A DNA stretch of 64,000 nt from Prasinococcaceae sp. CCMP 1430 (lineage: Eukaryota > Plantae > Prasinodermophyta). Below, in pieces: positions 29,949-40,983 of this stretch. A model generated the notes under the pieces. That model did no database searches. It was not told where the DNA came from and worked only from the letters and a program-made list of their open reading frames with translations. The stretch covers positions 64,047 through 128,046 of the forward strand of contig RQSC01000056.1 of assembly GCA_013416795.1 (NCBI GenBank). Reading direction: 5' to 3'. Every line of letters begins with the position of its first letter. The stretch's first letter is position 1. Position numbers and translations under genes: made by a program.

Positions 29949-32545
29949 ATGAAAAGGCTGTTGTGTTCGCGGCGCTGCCAGCGGGGCGAGCGTCACCGCC
30001 GGCGCTGCCACACTGCCCGCACGGGGCGCACCGGGGGCTGGGAGGGGGCGCCGCGCCGCGCGCGCGGCGGGGAGCGCACGACGCCCCCGCGTCGCCGCAG
30101 CAGCCTTTCGTCGCGAACGGCGGCGGCGCGCCGGCGGGCCCGGGCCCGGCGTCGAGTCCCGTCTCAATCCTCTGCGCGGGAGTCGGCGCAGTCGGCGGCG
30201 GTGACCCCGTCTTGGCGTACCGCGCGCGAGCCGCGAACGTGCGCGCAGCGCTTGCGGCGTCGGCAGCGACGCGCTCGGAGGTCATCGGGGTGCTGGACAG
30301 CCTCGAGGCTACCATGTCGGGGCTCGCCGCTGCGATGGCTCCCATCCAGGCGCGCACGCGCTCTTTGGGCGTGGGCCAGGGCAACGTGCGCGCCGCGCGT
30401 GCGTCGTGCGAGCGCGTGCTCGCAATGCTCGACGCGCCGCGCAAGTACGAACGCAGCATCGCCGCCGGTGCGAGTGGCACCTCGCTCAGACCGTTCCTCG
30501 AGGCCGTGGACGAACTGGAGAGCGCGCGCGACTTCCTGGACGAGCGCAGGGACATGCGCGGCGTCGATGACGCGCTCGCGCGCACGAACTCGCTCCTCGC
30601 TTCCGCCGGACCGCACTGCGAGCGCGAGTTCAAGGTCAGGCTGGTGCCGCCCGAGCTACGTGCGCTGCTTGCATCCCCCGGACGGCACCCCGAGGGCGAG
30701 ACGACGGTCAGGCTGGTGCCGGCCGAGGTGCGTTCGGCAACCCTCGGCGGTACCTTCACCGCTGGCAACAGCCGTGTCGCAAACGCTCCGAGGTCAAGAC
30801 GCGAGAGGGGGGGCTCAGGCAGCAGCGCCGTAACGCCTGCCTCCTCGGCGGGTGCCGAGGAGGGCGACGAGGCGGACGACGGCGGCGGCGCCCCCCACCT
30901 GGCAGCCCCGATGCCAAGCAAGGATGAGATGCCGGCCCTGGCGGCGCTCGCCGCGGCCGCTCACAGGGCGGGGAGGGGCGCGGGGATATCATCCGTGTAC
31001 CTGTCTAGCCGGGCGAGCGCCGTCTCTAAGGCGCTCGAGTCTCTTGACATGGCCGCCTTTCCGGGCGGCGACTTCCAACCCGGTGCAGTGGATGCAGTCG
31101 CGGCGCTCTCGCCCATCACGCCAGAGGTGGGGGCGCGCTCGCATGCGAGCAACGCGCGCACGCCACACGCCCCAGGAGCGCCCAACGCGCCGCCCGTCGA
31201 GTGGACCGAGGAGACCAGGCGCGTGCGTGTTTGGCGAGACGCCATCAGCGCACTGGCAGGCAGAGTGCTGCCTGCAGAGCTCGAGCTCGCCACCGAGGTG
31301 TTCGGCATGTGCAACGAAGAGGCCGCCGAGGGCGCCTTCGCTCAGGTTGCCAACCATGCGCTCGCCGCCCCGTTGCGATTCGCACGCGCTGCGGCCGCGC
31401 GGGGTCCTGGCGGCGGGTCCGTCGGCGTCCACACTGCCCGGTCGCCTGGCGGATCCTCACCTGTTGTCCCTGAGCGCAGCTTCCTCTTTCTCGACATGGT
31501 GCTAACGCTGGACGAGGCCAAAGCGGCCCTCGAGACTGCAAGCGGTAGGGTGTCCCATGGCGACAGCGTGGTCAGAGGCCGCGAGGCGGCACGGCGCGAA
31601 CCCATTCGGGGCACGGTGGCCGAGCTGGCCGCCTGCCGCGCGGAGCTGGCACATGCCTCTGCGAGCTCGGTGCGGAGCCTCATCAGCGCCGTGAAGACCG
31701 ACGCCAGCTCCTCGGTGCCGGCCAAGGGCAACGTGCACCCTCTCGCTGCATATTCGATGAATTTCCTGCGCAGGCTGGTGGCGTACCCTCCAGCGGTGCT
31801 CGCCGCCGCCGTGGGCGCCGACGCTGCGTCGCCGGCAGATCTCGACGCGCTCCTCGCAGACGTGTGCCAAGGCGTAGCCGACGCGCTCGCTGTGACCTTG
31901 GAGAGGAAAGCCGTGGCAGGCTACCCCAAGAATCACGCGCTGCGTGCGCTGTTCCTCATGAACAACGCGCAGTACATCTCACGCCACGCGAAGAAGTCCA
32001 GGTACCTTGGCCGGCTGCTAGGAGAACGGTGGCTGAAGGAGCGCAAGGCGGAAGTGCACGCGCAGGCCGACGAATACCGGCTGCGGTCGTTCGAGAAGCT
32101 CATGGAGCTGCTCACGCGCGATGCGGGCAGCGAAGGCCAGCCATCGGGAATCAAGCAGGTGAACGCCATCGTCGATGATATCCTCAAAACGCAGCGGTAC
32201 TGGACGATCGCAGATGCGAATCTGCGCGACAGGGTGCGGCGCTCCATCGCGCGCGCGATACTGCCACCGTACGCCGCGTTCGCCGAGCGCTGCAGCGTGG
32301 CGGCCGCGGCGTCGACTCCCAGCGTCGCCGGCGCCATCGTTGGCAAATTGAGCGGTGGCCAGGCGCTGAAACACTCTCCCGCCGACCTGGAGTCAATCAT
32401 CGGCGAGCTCTTCGCATTCGGAGAGGCGACTGATGACGAGACGGAGACACCGTCTGCATCCGTGCGCAGCGGCTTCACCCACGCGAGCCACGGCGTCCCA
32501 TCTAGTCATGGCACCGGAGCTGGCAACGGCGCAGCCGCACACTAA
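29949..32545 (+). CDS. EXO70: Exocyst subunit Exo70 (start/first exon uncertain)
   Basis: N-terminal RAANVRAALAASAATRSEVIGVLDSLEATMSGLAAAMAPIQART resembles plant Exo70A. Also VPAKGNVHPLAAYSMNFLRRL, ALFLMNNAQYI and QRYWTIADANLRDRVR...ILPPY. Confidence 0.9.
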
Positions 32546-32694
32546 GTGAGTGCGCCCGCGATGTCGCGGAATGCCGCCAGGATGTATGTATACTTGTTAT
32601 CTGTACTACGAGGTCCTCCCCAATAGGCCGCATGCGCAGGCCGCCCACCGGCGCGCGGCGAGCGGAGCAGAGCGCACGCCACCGAAGCGTGGCT

Positions 32695-33579
32695 TCACTC
32701 GCCGCTCTTGGCCCGGCGCTTGGCCATCATCTCCGCGATCAGGCCGGTCTGCATGGTGAAGGCCTGCGAGCTGGCGTGTTTGATGGAGACCGGGCCCACG
32801 TCGTTGGTGGACGCGCCCGCGGTGCGGAGCAGCCCCACGACCTCTTGGGTCTTGCCGAAGTATACCTGGTCGAGCGAATTGCGCAGCTTGCCCTCCATCT
32901 CCTCGATAGCCTTTCCAATATTGGTGAGGTGCGACTCGTCCGGCCTTGTGGCGGATGCTCGTTTCTTTGCCTGCCGCGTGATGTGGCCCGCCAGCGAGAA
33001 TTCGCCGCCCGAGCCATCCTTGGTCCGCAGGTACAGCATGACCGTCGAGGTCAGCGTGTACGTGCTCAGCCCATCCGCGCCCGTCTCGTCCACCTCAACC
33101 ACGTGCACGGCATCCCAGGAGCCGTCGTTGGCGTCCACGCGCTTCCCGCCCTGTTTCTTTATCAGGAAGCACCCAGCGAAGCCCCCGTCGGCCTCCCAGA
33201 GGTACACGCTGGAGAGGCCGCCTTCGTAGTACAGCTGCCTGTACGCAGACCACACTTCGTTGGCCTCGATCTCCTTCGCGCGCAGGTCCGCCGAGGGCAG
33301 CGTGGGTGGCTCTTGGTCGGCGGCGATCGCCGGGAAGTACTGGTTGCTCCACGGCGAGCGATAGCTGTCCCCGTCGCGGTTGTAGTCGCAGCACAGGTAC
33401 GACCGGCCCTTGCCCGCGGGCGACTCGTCGCACACGACCTTCAGCGGCGCGTCGATCCGCGAGCGCAGCTCGTCCTCGAGGTCGGGCGCGAGCGCCACGA
33501 GTTTCTCCAGGTTTTCGCTCACGGCCTCGGGCGGCAGCCGCCGCATTAGGTCGAGCGCGCAGTCGAGCGCATCAGGCAT
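32695..33579 (-). CDS. CAPZB: F-actin capping protein beta subunit
   Basis: DCALDLMRRLPP, YLCCDYNRDGDSYRSPWSNQY, YYEGGLSSVYLW, WDAVHVVEV and IEEMEGKLRNSLDQVYFGKT. Confidence 0.97.
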   Translation of the reverse strand: MPDALDCALDLMRRLPPEAVSENLEKLVALAPDLEDELRSRIDAPLKVVCDESPAGKGRSYLCCDYNRDGDSYRSPWSNQYFPAIAADQEPPTLPSADLRAKEIEANEVWSAYRQLYYEGGLSSVYLWEADGGFAGCFLIKKQGGKRVDANDGSWDAVHVVEVDETGADGLSTYTLTSTVMLYLRTKDGSGGEFSLAGHITRQAKKRASATRPDESHLTNIGKAIEEMEGKLRNSLDQVYFGKTQEVVGLLRTAGASTNDVGPVSIKHASSQAFTMQTGLIAEMMAKRRAKSGE

Positions 33580-34331
33580 GGCTGCACCCGGTGCGCCGCG
33601 CCCCGCACCCCCCTCCCCCCCCCCCCTCGCCTCGCCCCTGCGCCCTCTCACAGCGCGCGCACAAAAACCGACGCACCGAGCCGGCGCACGGCACACCCGC
33701 CGCGCCGCCGCCGCCGCCAATGCCCTCCACACCGCCGCAGCTCCTCCGCGCGTCGAGGGATCCGCGATCCCGCCCGCACGCGCGCGCTGCCGGACAGCAG
33801 GGGCGCGCCCCGCGCGCTCTGGCGCCCGGCGCCGTTCGAACGCCCTCCTCCCGCAGTGCCAACGCGCACGCGCTCGCCGGGTCCCCAACTAAAAAAAAAA
33901 AAAAGCTCAGGGACCTCATCACTTTGAATGCGTGGCGCCACGCGATGCGGGCCAGACCGCTGCGGTATGGAAGGCGATTTGATCTTCGATGCCACTTTTC
34001 TTGTTTTTTTTTTTTTTTTAAATTGAGTGTGAGTGTGTGTGAGCGACGGTGCTTCTCAGTCGTCGCACTCTTTCCCTTTTTTAAATTTACGGATTGGATT
34101 TCGGATGAGAAGTTCTAAAAAGTGAATACGATCATTGATGAAAAATCGGAGGTAAATTGATTTCGGTGGCGAATGGCGGAAAGCGGCGTCGCCGGGGCGC
34201 GCGCGCGCTGTGGCGCACCCATGGGGGGAGTGGGAGAGTCGAGCCGCGCGCTGTGGCTGCTGTGGCTGTGGCTGCAGGCGCGCGGGGGTGGTGGGGTGGC
34301 GGGGTCGCGCGGGCGCCACAGCGCGCGCGCG

Positions 34332-35694
34332 ATGCGCGCCGCGGGGAGTCGTCGCCTCGCTCAGGCCTGCCCCAGGGGAGCGGCGTCACGCAGCGCGGCA
34401 GCGGCGGCGGCAGCCGCGCCAGAGGTCGCTGACGACGTCAGCGACGGCGGCGCGGATGGCGGAACGGGGACGGCGGGGAAGACCTCCGGCAAGCGGCGCG
34501 GCCGCGCGCGCCACGCGTCGCTCGAGGTGAACGGCCTCCCGGTGGAGGGCCTGTCCGTCGGCGGGCAGGAGACGTGCATCATCCTGCCGACGCTGCGCGT
34601 CGCCTTCGACTCGGGGCGGTGTCCGCAGCGCTGCGTCTACCAGGTACGCGCGGAGAGTCAGCGAGCGTCCGCGCCCGTGCGCGGACTTCCTTAGCGGAGA
34701 GAGACACGAGAGCGCGTGTGTGCGTCTGCGCGCTCCTCAAGCCCTGCTCTGACACGTGGCGGCTGGTGCTGGCTCTGGCTACCCCCCACAGGACACCATG
34801 CTCGTGTCGCATGGCCACATGGACCACATCGGCGGGCTGCACAACTATGCGGCCACGCGTGGCATGCTGTCGCTGCCGGCGCCCGACGTGCTTGTACCCA
34901 AGCCAATCGCGCCTGCGGTGGCGCGCATGATGGAGTCTTGGGCGGAGCTCGACGCGGGGGAGCTGAAGCACAACCTCGTCGGTGTGCTGCCAGGGTGCGT
35001 GCTCGGGCGTCTCCGTCGCACACGGGCGCGTGCGTGGTCGTGCGCGTGCATGTGCGCGCGTGCCCCGAGCCAGGAGTCTGTGAGGCGCCTCTCCTGTGTG
35101 CGTCGCCCCCCTCGCGCCTCACACGCTGACGCGCTTGCGCGATTCCCCCCTTCACGCTTGCCATGCGCACGCAGCGACGAGCATGCGCTGAGCAGCCCCA
35201 AGGGCTACTTCGTGAAACCCTTCACGACCACGCACGTGGTGCCCTCCCAGGGCTACGTGGTGTGCTCGCGCAAGCAGAAGCTGCGTGAGGAGTACCTGGG
35301 CTTGCCGGGCGCCGAGATCAAGGCCTTGCGCCAGGCGGGCGAGGACATCACGCGCACGGTCGAGGTGGCGGAGGCGGCTTTCACGGCTGACACGACCATG
35401 GACTTCGTGAAGGTGGATGCGCCGGAGACCAGGCTCGCGCTCAGCGCCAAGGTGTTCTTCATGGAGTGCACCTTCGTCGACGACACGATGACCGCCGAAG
35501 ATGCCCGCGAGTACGGCCACACGCACCTCGACGAGATCGTCGCCAACGCCGACGCCTTCGCCAACGTGGGCGCGCTCGTGCTCATCCACTTCTCGCCGCG
35601 GTACAGCATTGAGACCATCCTCGAGTGCCTCGACAGGAAGCTGCCGCCCGAGCTCAAGGAGAAGGCGGTGCCGCTGCTCGAGGGATTCAGGTAG
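34332..35694 (+). CDS. TRZ: Short-form (TM-type) tRNase Z, plant TRZ1/2-like (exons 34332-34643, 34792-34994, 35175-35694)
   Basis: EGLSVGGQETC...AFDSGRCPQR, SHGHMDHIGG, THVVPSQGY, FTADT, MECTF and HFSPRY. Two GT-AG introns (34644-34791, 34995-35174) keep the frame. Confidence 0.93.
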
Positions 35695-36602
35695 AGCTCG
35701 CCGCGCGGCAACGCCGCATCTAATAATATCGATACAACTTCCCCCGCGCCCACGCCCGCGCGCGAGAGAGCCCGTCCAACGCAAGCGCGTCGCGGCCAGG
35801 CCCGCCGGACAGCGTGGCCGCCCTCGCCGCCTCTGCCACCGTTGCCGCCTCCACCGCCTCCGTCGCCTCCGCCGCCACTGCCTGTGCTTCAGCGGCACGG
35901 GCAGGTCAGAACGAGAGCGCACACGCCCCCACATCAAAACGAGAGCTTTTGGGGGGGGGCGACAATCGCTCGCATTCCCGCGGCGTCGGCGCATTTTTCC
36001 GCCGGCGCGCGTTTTCCGCTTTTATCGCGCGCGCGCCCGTCGCGCCGCGCGGCGCACCTTCGATCTGATATGAGAAATGTGCGGTTGGGGGAGCGTGCGC
36101 GGTCCGGACGTTTGCGGCGCGCGCGCACGGGATGTGCCACACCACGCGCAAAGCGCGCCACCACACCACCCACCGGCCCGCTACCCCCCCCCTTTCCTCT
36201 TTCTCTCCTGGACGGTGCGTGCGAGTATCGGCGCGCGCGTCGCTCGTGCGGAGCGGTCGTCGTTGTCTGCTGCTTCCGTTCGTGGCGCCCGCGCGTGCGC
36301 GCGCTGACCGTGCGGCGTGCGGCGCTTGCACTCCTGCGCGCGAATGCCTCTTCTCGTCTCTTGCTTTCCTGCCGCACCCCCTTGCGTTTGCGCGAGCGCA
36401 GGCTGCTGCGCGAGAGGCCAGGACTCGCTGGTGTCTGCAAGCGAGCGCGTGCGAGGCGGCGAGGGGGGCTCCAGAGGTGTCGCGGCTCCGACCGGCTCCC
36501 ATACGCGCCTCTGCACTTGGCCGCCCCACGTGGCCTCGCGTTTCCCAATCCCATCGTTTAGTAGAGCGAGCGCGCAGCTCGATTCCTTATTGGCGTGCCA
36601 CG

Positions 36603-39107
36603 ATGATGGCGCGCGCACTCTGGGCCCTGGCGATGTTCGGCGGGGCGGCGGTTCTCGGCGCTGCGCCGACCGCAGGCGAGGAGGGCGTCTCGGTATTGGA
36701 GACGCTGCGTCCCATGTTCTACTTTTCGGACAGCGATGGCATTCCATTCACCGTCACTGATGTGCGCGGGGAGCTCGAGGTAGACCAGTTCGACCCCGTG
36801 ATGGGAATTCTGCAGACGGTGACTGTCTGCTATTCCGGAGGCATCAGGTCCAACGGCACGCTCACCAACACTGCGAGCTCCACGGCCGTCTTCGACGGCA
36901 GTGTCTTCGCGAATCTGCGGGTGTTCGGACCGTCGGAGAGGACGACGATCGACGACGACCCGGACGGCCCTGGCTCACAGTGTAGCTTTTGGCCATTTCC
37001 GTACAACTGCCTCGCCAACTTGACGACGACGTGGAAGAACCGCACCGTCGCTCCTGGCGAGACTATTGCGCTCGAGGAGGTCGTAGCATTCACAGTGCAG
37101 GGGGAGACCGCGAATGTCCCCGCATGGATGGACGGTACATCCGGGCTGGGACGAGATGATTCATTGATGTTCGCACCGCGCAGCTTTCTGAGTTCGTCAG
37201 AGGTCTGCCTTACTGCGAGGGACCCCGAGACGATCGGCGCTTTCTCCGGGAAGGGTACGGCAAAGTTCCCCTACGCCACGCAGGCAGATCAGCGGTTCAG
37301 CGGGCTCGGCGGGAACGAAATCCGCCAGATAAGCACGCTGGTCTCTGCCAACGTCGAGGTGAAGTACGGGTGGAGTACGGCGGCTCCCACGACTGCTCCC
37401 ACCACGGTGCCCTCATCCGCCCCGACGATGGCACCCACGGAGTCGCCCACTAGCGGCGCACCGACATCGGTCCCATCCGCCTCGCCATCTGCAGCCCCCA
37501 CGGGTGCCCCGACTATGGCCCCATCGACCGCCCCTACCGCGCCGCCTACTGGAGCGCCATCTGACGCGCCCACTGGTGTGCCATCTGTGTCCCCAACGTC
37601 AGCGCCATCGGACTCGCCGTCGGAGGCCCCCACGGCAGCACCGTCGGAATCGCCGACTCTGTCACCGAGCGAATCACCAACGGACGCGCCAACGCTGAGC
37701 CCGTCCCTGTCACCGAGCGACGCGCCTACCGCAGCGCCGTCGGATTCGCCCTCAGAGAGCCCCACGTCAGCACCGTCCGAGTTCCCAACACTGTCACCGA
37801 GCGACTCACCAACGGACGCGCCGACGCTGAGCCCGACACTGTCACCGACCGCCGTGCCGTCGCTCCCGCCAGGCATGTGCTTGTGCGAGTGTTCCCCGAG
37901 CGAGACCGACACGCCAACTCTGAGCCCCACGACATTCGCCCCGACGCTCTCGCCAACCGAGATGCCGACCCTCGCGCCATCGCTGTCACCGACCGAGATG
38001 CCGACCCTCGCGCCATCGCTCTCGCCAACCGAGATGCCGACGCTCGCGCCATCGATGTCACCCACCGAGATGCCGACGCTCGCGCCATCGCTCTCGCCAA
38101 CCGAGATGCCGACGCTCGCGCCATCGATGTCACCCACCGAGATGCCGACGCTCGCGCCATCGCTCTCGCCAACCGAGATGCCGACCCTCGCGCCATCGCT
38201 GTCACCCACCGAGATGCCGACCCTCGCGCCATCGCTGTCACCCACTCAGATGCCGACCCTCGCGCCATCGCTGTCGCCGAGCGAGGCCAGGAGCGACCCG
38301 CACTTCGTTGGCCTCCGTGGACAGACCTTCCGCATCGAGGGCGACGATGGCGTCAACTATGCGCTTCTTTCAATGCCAGAGCTCGCGCTGAACGCCCACT
38401 TCAGCACAGCGTACGCTACAGGCCCAAGCAATGCCCCCCGGCCCCAAAGTACGTGGATGAGTGCGATCGCAGTCGTGACACCAGAACACAGTGTCGTCTT
38501 CAGCGTCGACGGCGCGTCTTGCGCGCTCGCGGACGCCGCCCCTGAAGGGGAAGGCGACCTCGTGGTGGGCTGCGATGGCAGTGCCAGCATCGTCTCGCTT
38601 TCCATCGACGGCACAACGGTCCCTGTCGCTCGCACGGGAGTGGTATTCATGGCACCAGAGCTGTCCCTGGTGATTTCAAGCGTCAGCTCATTTGACTCGG
38701 CGGCACCGGCTGCCATGACGCGGGCCACGCTCTTCAGCGACAAGCTTGATCTGCTGGTCGATTTCGTCGGGCCGCGCGCCGCATGGGGGGTCGCTCCCGC
38801 GGACGCGCCCATGTTCAGCCACCTCAACATGCGCATGGACCGCTTGCAGCTCGATCTCGAGGCACACGGCTTAATCGGCATCACGCAGCACGTCAAGATA
38901 GACGGGCACGGCAACGTGATCATGTCTGATCAGGACGGGGACGTCATCGACGGACAGGTGAGCGAGTACCAGCTGGCATCCCTCACCTCGACCGAGTTCA
39001 AGTTTAGCGTGTTCGATGCCCCGGGCGGCGAAGGCGAGGGCGATGGCGCTGAAACGGCAGAGATGATCACGAGTGCGGGGTTCTTCAGCGGCGAAGGCGA
39101 GCGCTAA
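36603..39107 (+). CDS. Secreted/surface mucin-like protein: signal peptide, choice-of-anchor-E-like domain, P/T/S stalk, C-terminal vWD/root-cap-like domain
   Basis: Signal peptide MMARALWALAMFGGAAVLGA. Head contains LEVDQFDPVMGILQTVTV...GAFSGKGTAKF. A long PT/PS repeat follows, then SDPHFVGLRGQTFRIEG...YALLS...HGLIG. Confidence 0.75.
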   Translation: MMARALWALAMFGGAAVLGAAPTAGEEGVSVLETLRPMFYFSDSDGIPFTVTDVRGELEVDQFDPVMGILQTVTVCYSGGIRSNGTLTNTASSTAVFDGSVFANLRVFGPSERTTIDDDPDGPGSQCSFWPFPYNCLANLTTTWKNRTVAPGETIALEEVVAFTVQGETANVPAWMDGTSGLGRDDSLMFAPRSFLSSSEVCLTARDPETIGAFSGKGTAKFPYATQADQRFSGLGGNEIRQISTLVSANVEVKYGWSTAAPTTAPTTVPSSAPTMAPTESPTSGAPTSVPSASPSAAPTGAPTMAPSTAPTAPPTGAPSDAPTGVPSVSPTSAPSDSPSEAPTAAPSESPTLSPSESPTDAPTLSPSLSPSDAPTAAPSDSPSESPTSAPSEFPTLSPSDSPTDAPTLSPTLSPTAVPSLPPGMCLCECSPSETDTPTLSPTTFAPTLSPTEMPTLAPSLSPTEMPTLAPSLSPTEMPTLAPSMSPTEMPTLAPSLSPTEMPTLAPSMSPTEMPTLAPSLSPTEMPTLAPSLSPTEMPTLAPSLSPTQMPTLAPSLSPSEARSDPHFVGLRGQTFRIEGDDGVNYALLSMPELALNAHFSTAYATGPSNAPRPQSTWMSAIAVVTPEHSVVFSVDGASCALADAAPEGEGDLVVGCDGSASIVSLSIDGTTVPVARTGVVFMAPELSLVISSVSSFDSAAPAAMTRATLFSDKLDLLVDFVGPRAAWGVAPADAPMFSHLNMRMDRLQLDLEAHGLIGITQHVKIDGHGNVIMSDQDGDVIDGQVSEYQLASLTSTEFKFSVFDAPGGEGEGDGAETAEMITSAGFFSGEGER
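37947..38270 (+). repeat. Coding tandem repeat, 9 x 36 bp (LSPTEMPTLAPS)
   Basis: Unit ctctcgccaaccgagatgccgaccctcgcgccatcg with variants; nine consecutive copies counted. Confidence 0.97.
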
Positions 39108-39549
39108 TCTTCACCATACTACGTACCGACTACTACGACTTCATACCGACGACACCTTTGTGTGATTTTAGCTCATCCTACGTACACCTACCGACACAAC
39201 GACCGACCACAACGAACGAATCAGAAAGGTGGCAGCACTGCACGATGGATGGGGAGCTTGCATGCAAACTGAGCACCGTCGCCGGGCACGCATCCCCTGC
39301 CTCAACTCCCCATCAGTGCTGCGACCACCACACGACGACGCATTCCTGCATGACTGCATGAACTGGCCACACGACAGACTGCCCAAAGCGATTGCACGGC
39401 GCCCATTCGCTCTTCGCAAGCGCCCGCATGGCTACTCTTGCGCAGCGCGCACCCGCCCGACTGCGCGAGAGACTACAGTAGCACCTGCACGCGACTTTCC
39501 GACATGCCAGGGGCACGCGCGCACGCGCGCGAGCCCGTGCCTGCATCCG

Positions 39550-40877
39550 TCAGAGGTGTTTTCGCTTCTTGGTACCATGGTGCCCTCGGTGCTTGCCCGC
39601 GGCGCCCCCACGATCCCTGACGCTGCCGACTCTGTCGCCGTTTGGCACGCCGCCACCTCCGCCGGCCCTGTTTCCCCCGCCCCCGAAGTCACCGTTGAAA
39701 CCGTCGCGCACGTGCGGGGGCAGCTGCTCGACGGAGCGCGCGAGCGCCGGGGCGCGCCTGCCCTCGCTGAGGCGCTCGCGCGCCGCGCGCCGGAAGGCTT
39801 CCAGCAGCGCGCCGGCGGAGGACTGCGGCGGCGCGCCCGCTCCCGCGCTGGCCGCGTCAGCGCGCGCGCGAGGATGCGAGCGCGCGCCTGCGTCGCGGCC
39901 GGCAGGCAGAAGCGCACCTTGTCGCCGAGGACCATGTACCAGAAGCTCACGAAGGGCGATGTCTTCTCGCCCTTGGGCCCGCTGTGCGTGTGCTTGTGCA
40001 CGCGCCAGCCACGCGGCGCCCAGTACGAGTAGCGCTTCTTGGGCGCCACGTAGGCCACTTCGCGCGCGCGCTTACCGCCCCCCACGCGCGCGGCGAACGT
40101 CGCGTAGTAGTCCTTGTCCACCACCCAGTTTGGCATGAGCATCAGTGCGGGTCGGCCCGCGCCAGCGCACAGCGGCCCCTCCACAAAGTCCAGGAGCTTC
40201 GCCACGTGGTCGGCGCTGTACGGCGGGTTGGTGACGAGCACGTCGAACTCGGGCACCTTGCCCGCGGCCGCCACGGCGTAGAAGTCCTCGCACTCGTTGT
40301 GCACGGTCTCGAAGCCCAGCGAAGCCAGGTTGGCCTTTACGGCACCGTTGCAGTAGTACGGGTCGTACACGCGCAGCTTGGCATCGCTCACGCCGAGCCG
40401 CTTGGCGTGGGCGGACAGGATGGAGGCGACGTCCGCGTAGGCCTCCACCGCCGTCTCGCAGTGGTCGCGGTCGTCCGCCACGAAGGGGTGCGCGGGCTTG
40501 GGCGTTGGCTTGCTGGCCTCCCGTTGCTGCTCCTCGAGCTCCTTGCGCCTGAGCGCCTTGAGCGCCTTCTTGGAGAGCTTTGGCTGCTGCTGCTGACCCT
40601 CCTGCCCCTGCTCCTGCGCGCCGCCCTCGCCTCGCGCGCCTTCGGTGGCCGCGTCTCCGGCGCCGCTACCAGGGCTGTCAGAGGCATGCACGTTGAGCAC
40701 GACGGCCTCATCCACCCACTCGCCGACGAGCTTCGGCTGCCCATCGGCATCGCGCGCCATGCCATCATACACGCGGCCGGTCGCGCGGTCGAGCAGGTAC
40801 AGGCCATCGCCGTGCACGACGCCCTCGAGCTCTGCCGGCGCGCCAGCGCCGCCATCGCCACGCCTGCGCTTGCCCAT
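39550..40877 (-). CDS. Putative SAM-dependent amino-(N6-adenine-type) methyltransferase (exons 40877-39918, 39822-39550)
   Basis: Motif-I-like RVYDPYYCNG and motif IV VLVTNPPYS. Intron 39917-39823 (GTGCGC...CGCAG) leads to LARSVEQLPPHVRD and a C-terminal NLS-like TKKRKHL*. Confidence 0.75.
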
Positions 40878-40983
40878 TGGTGGCGGCACGTGCGTGGCAG
40901 CACGCCCAGCCGTACACAGACGACCTGCTCGACTCCACCTACCACGCTCGTGTGGGTGTACCCAAGGGCGTCTGCGGGCCTGG

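Noticed and set aside
33891-34085. Poly-A/poly-T tracts as retroposon tail or terminator
   Set aside because: They lie in the AT-rich divergent promoter between CAPZB and TRZ, with no associated element body or TSD. They are more likely ordinary nucleosome-excluding tracts.
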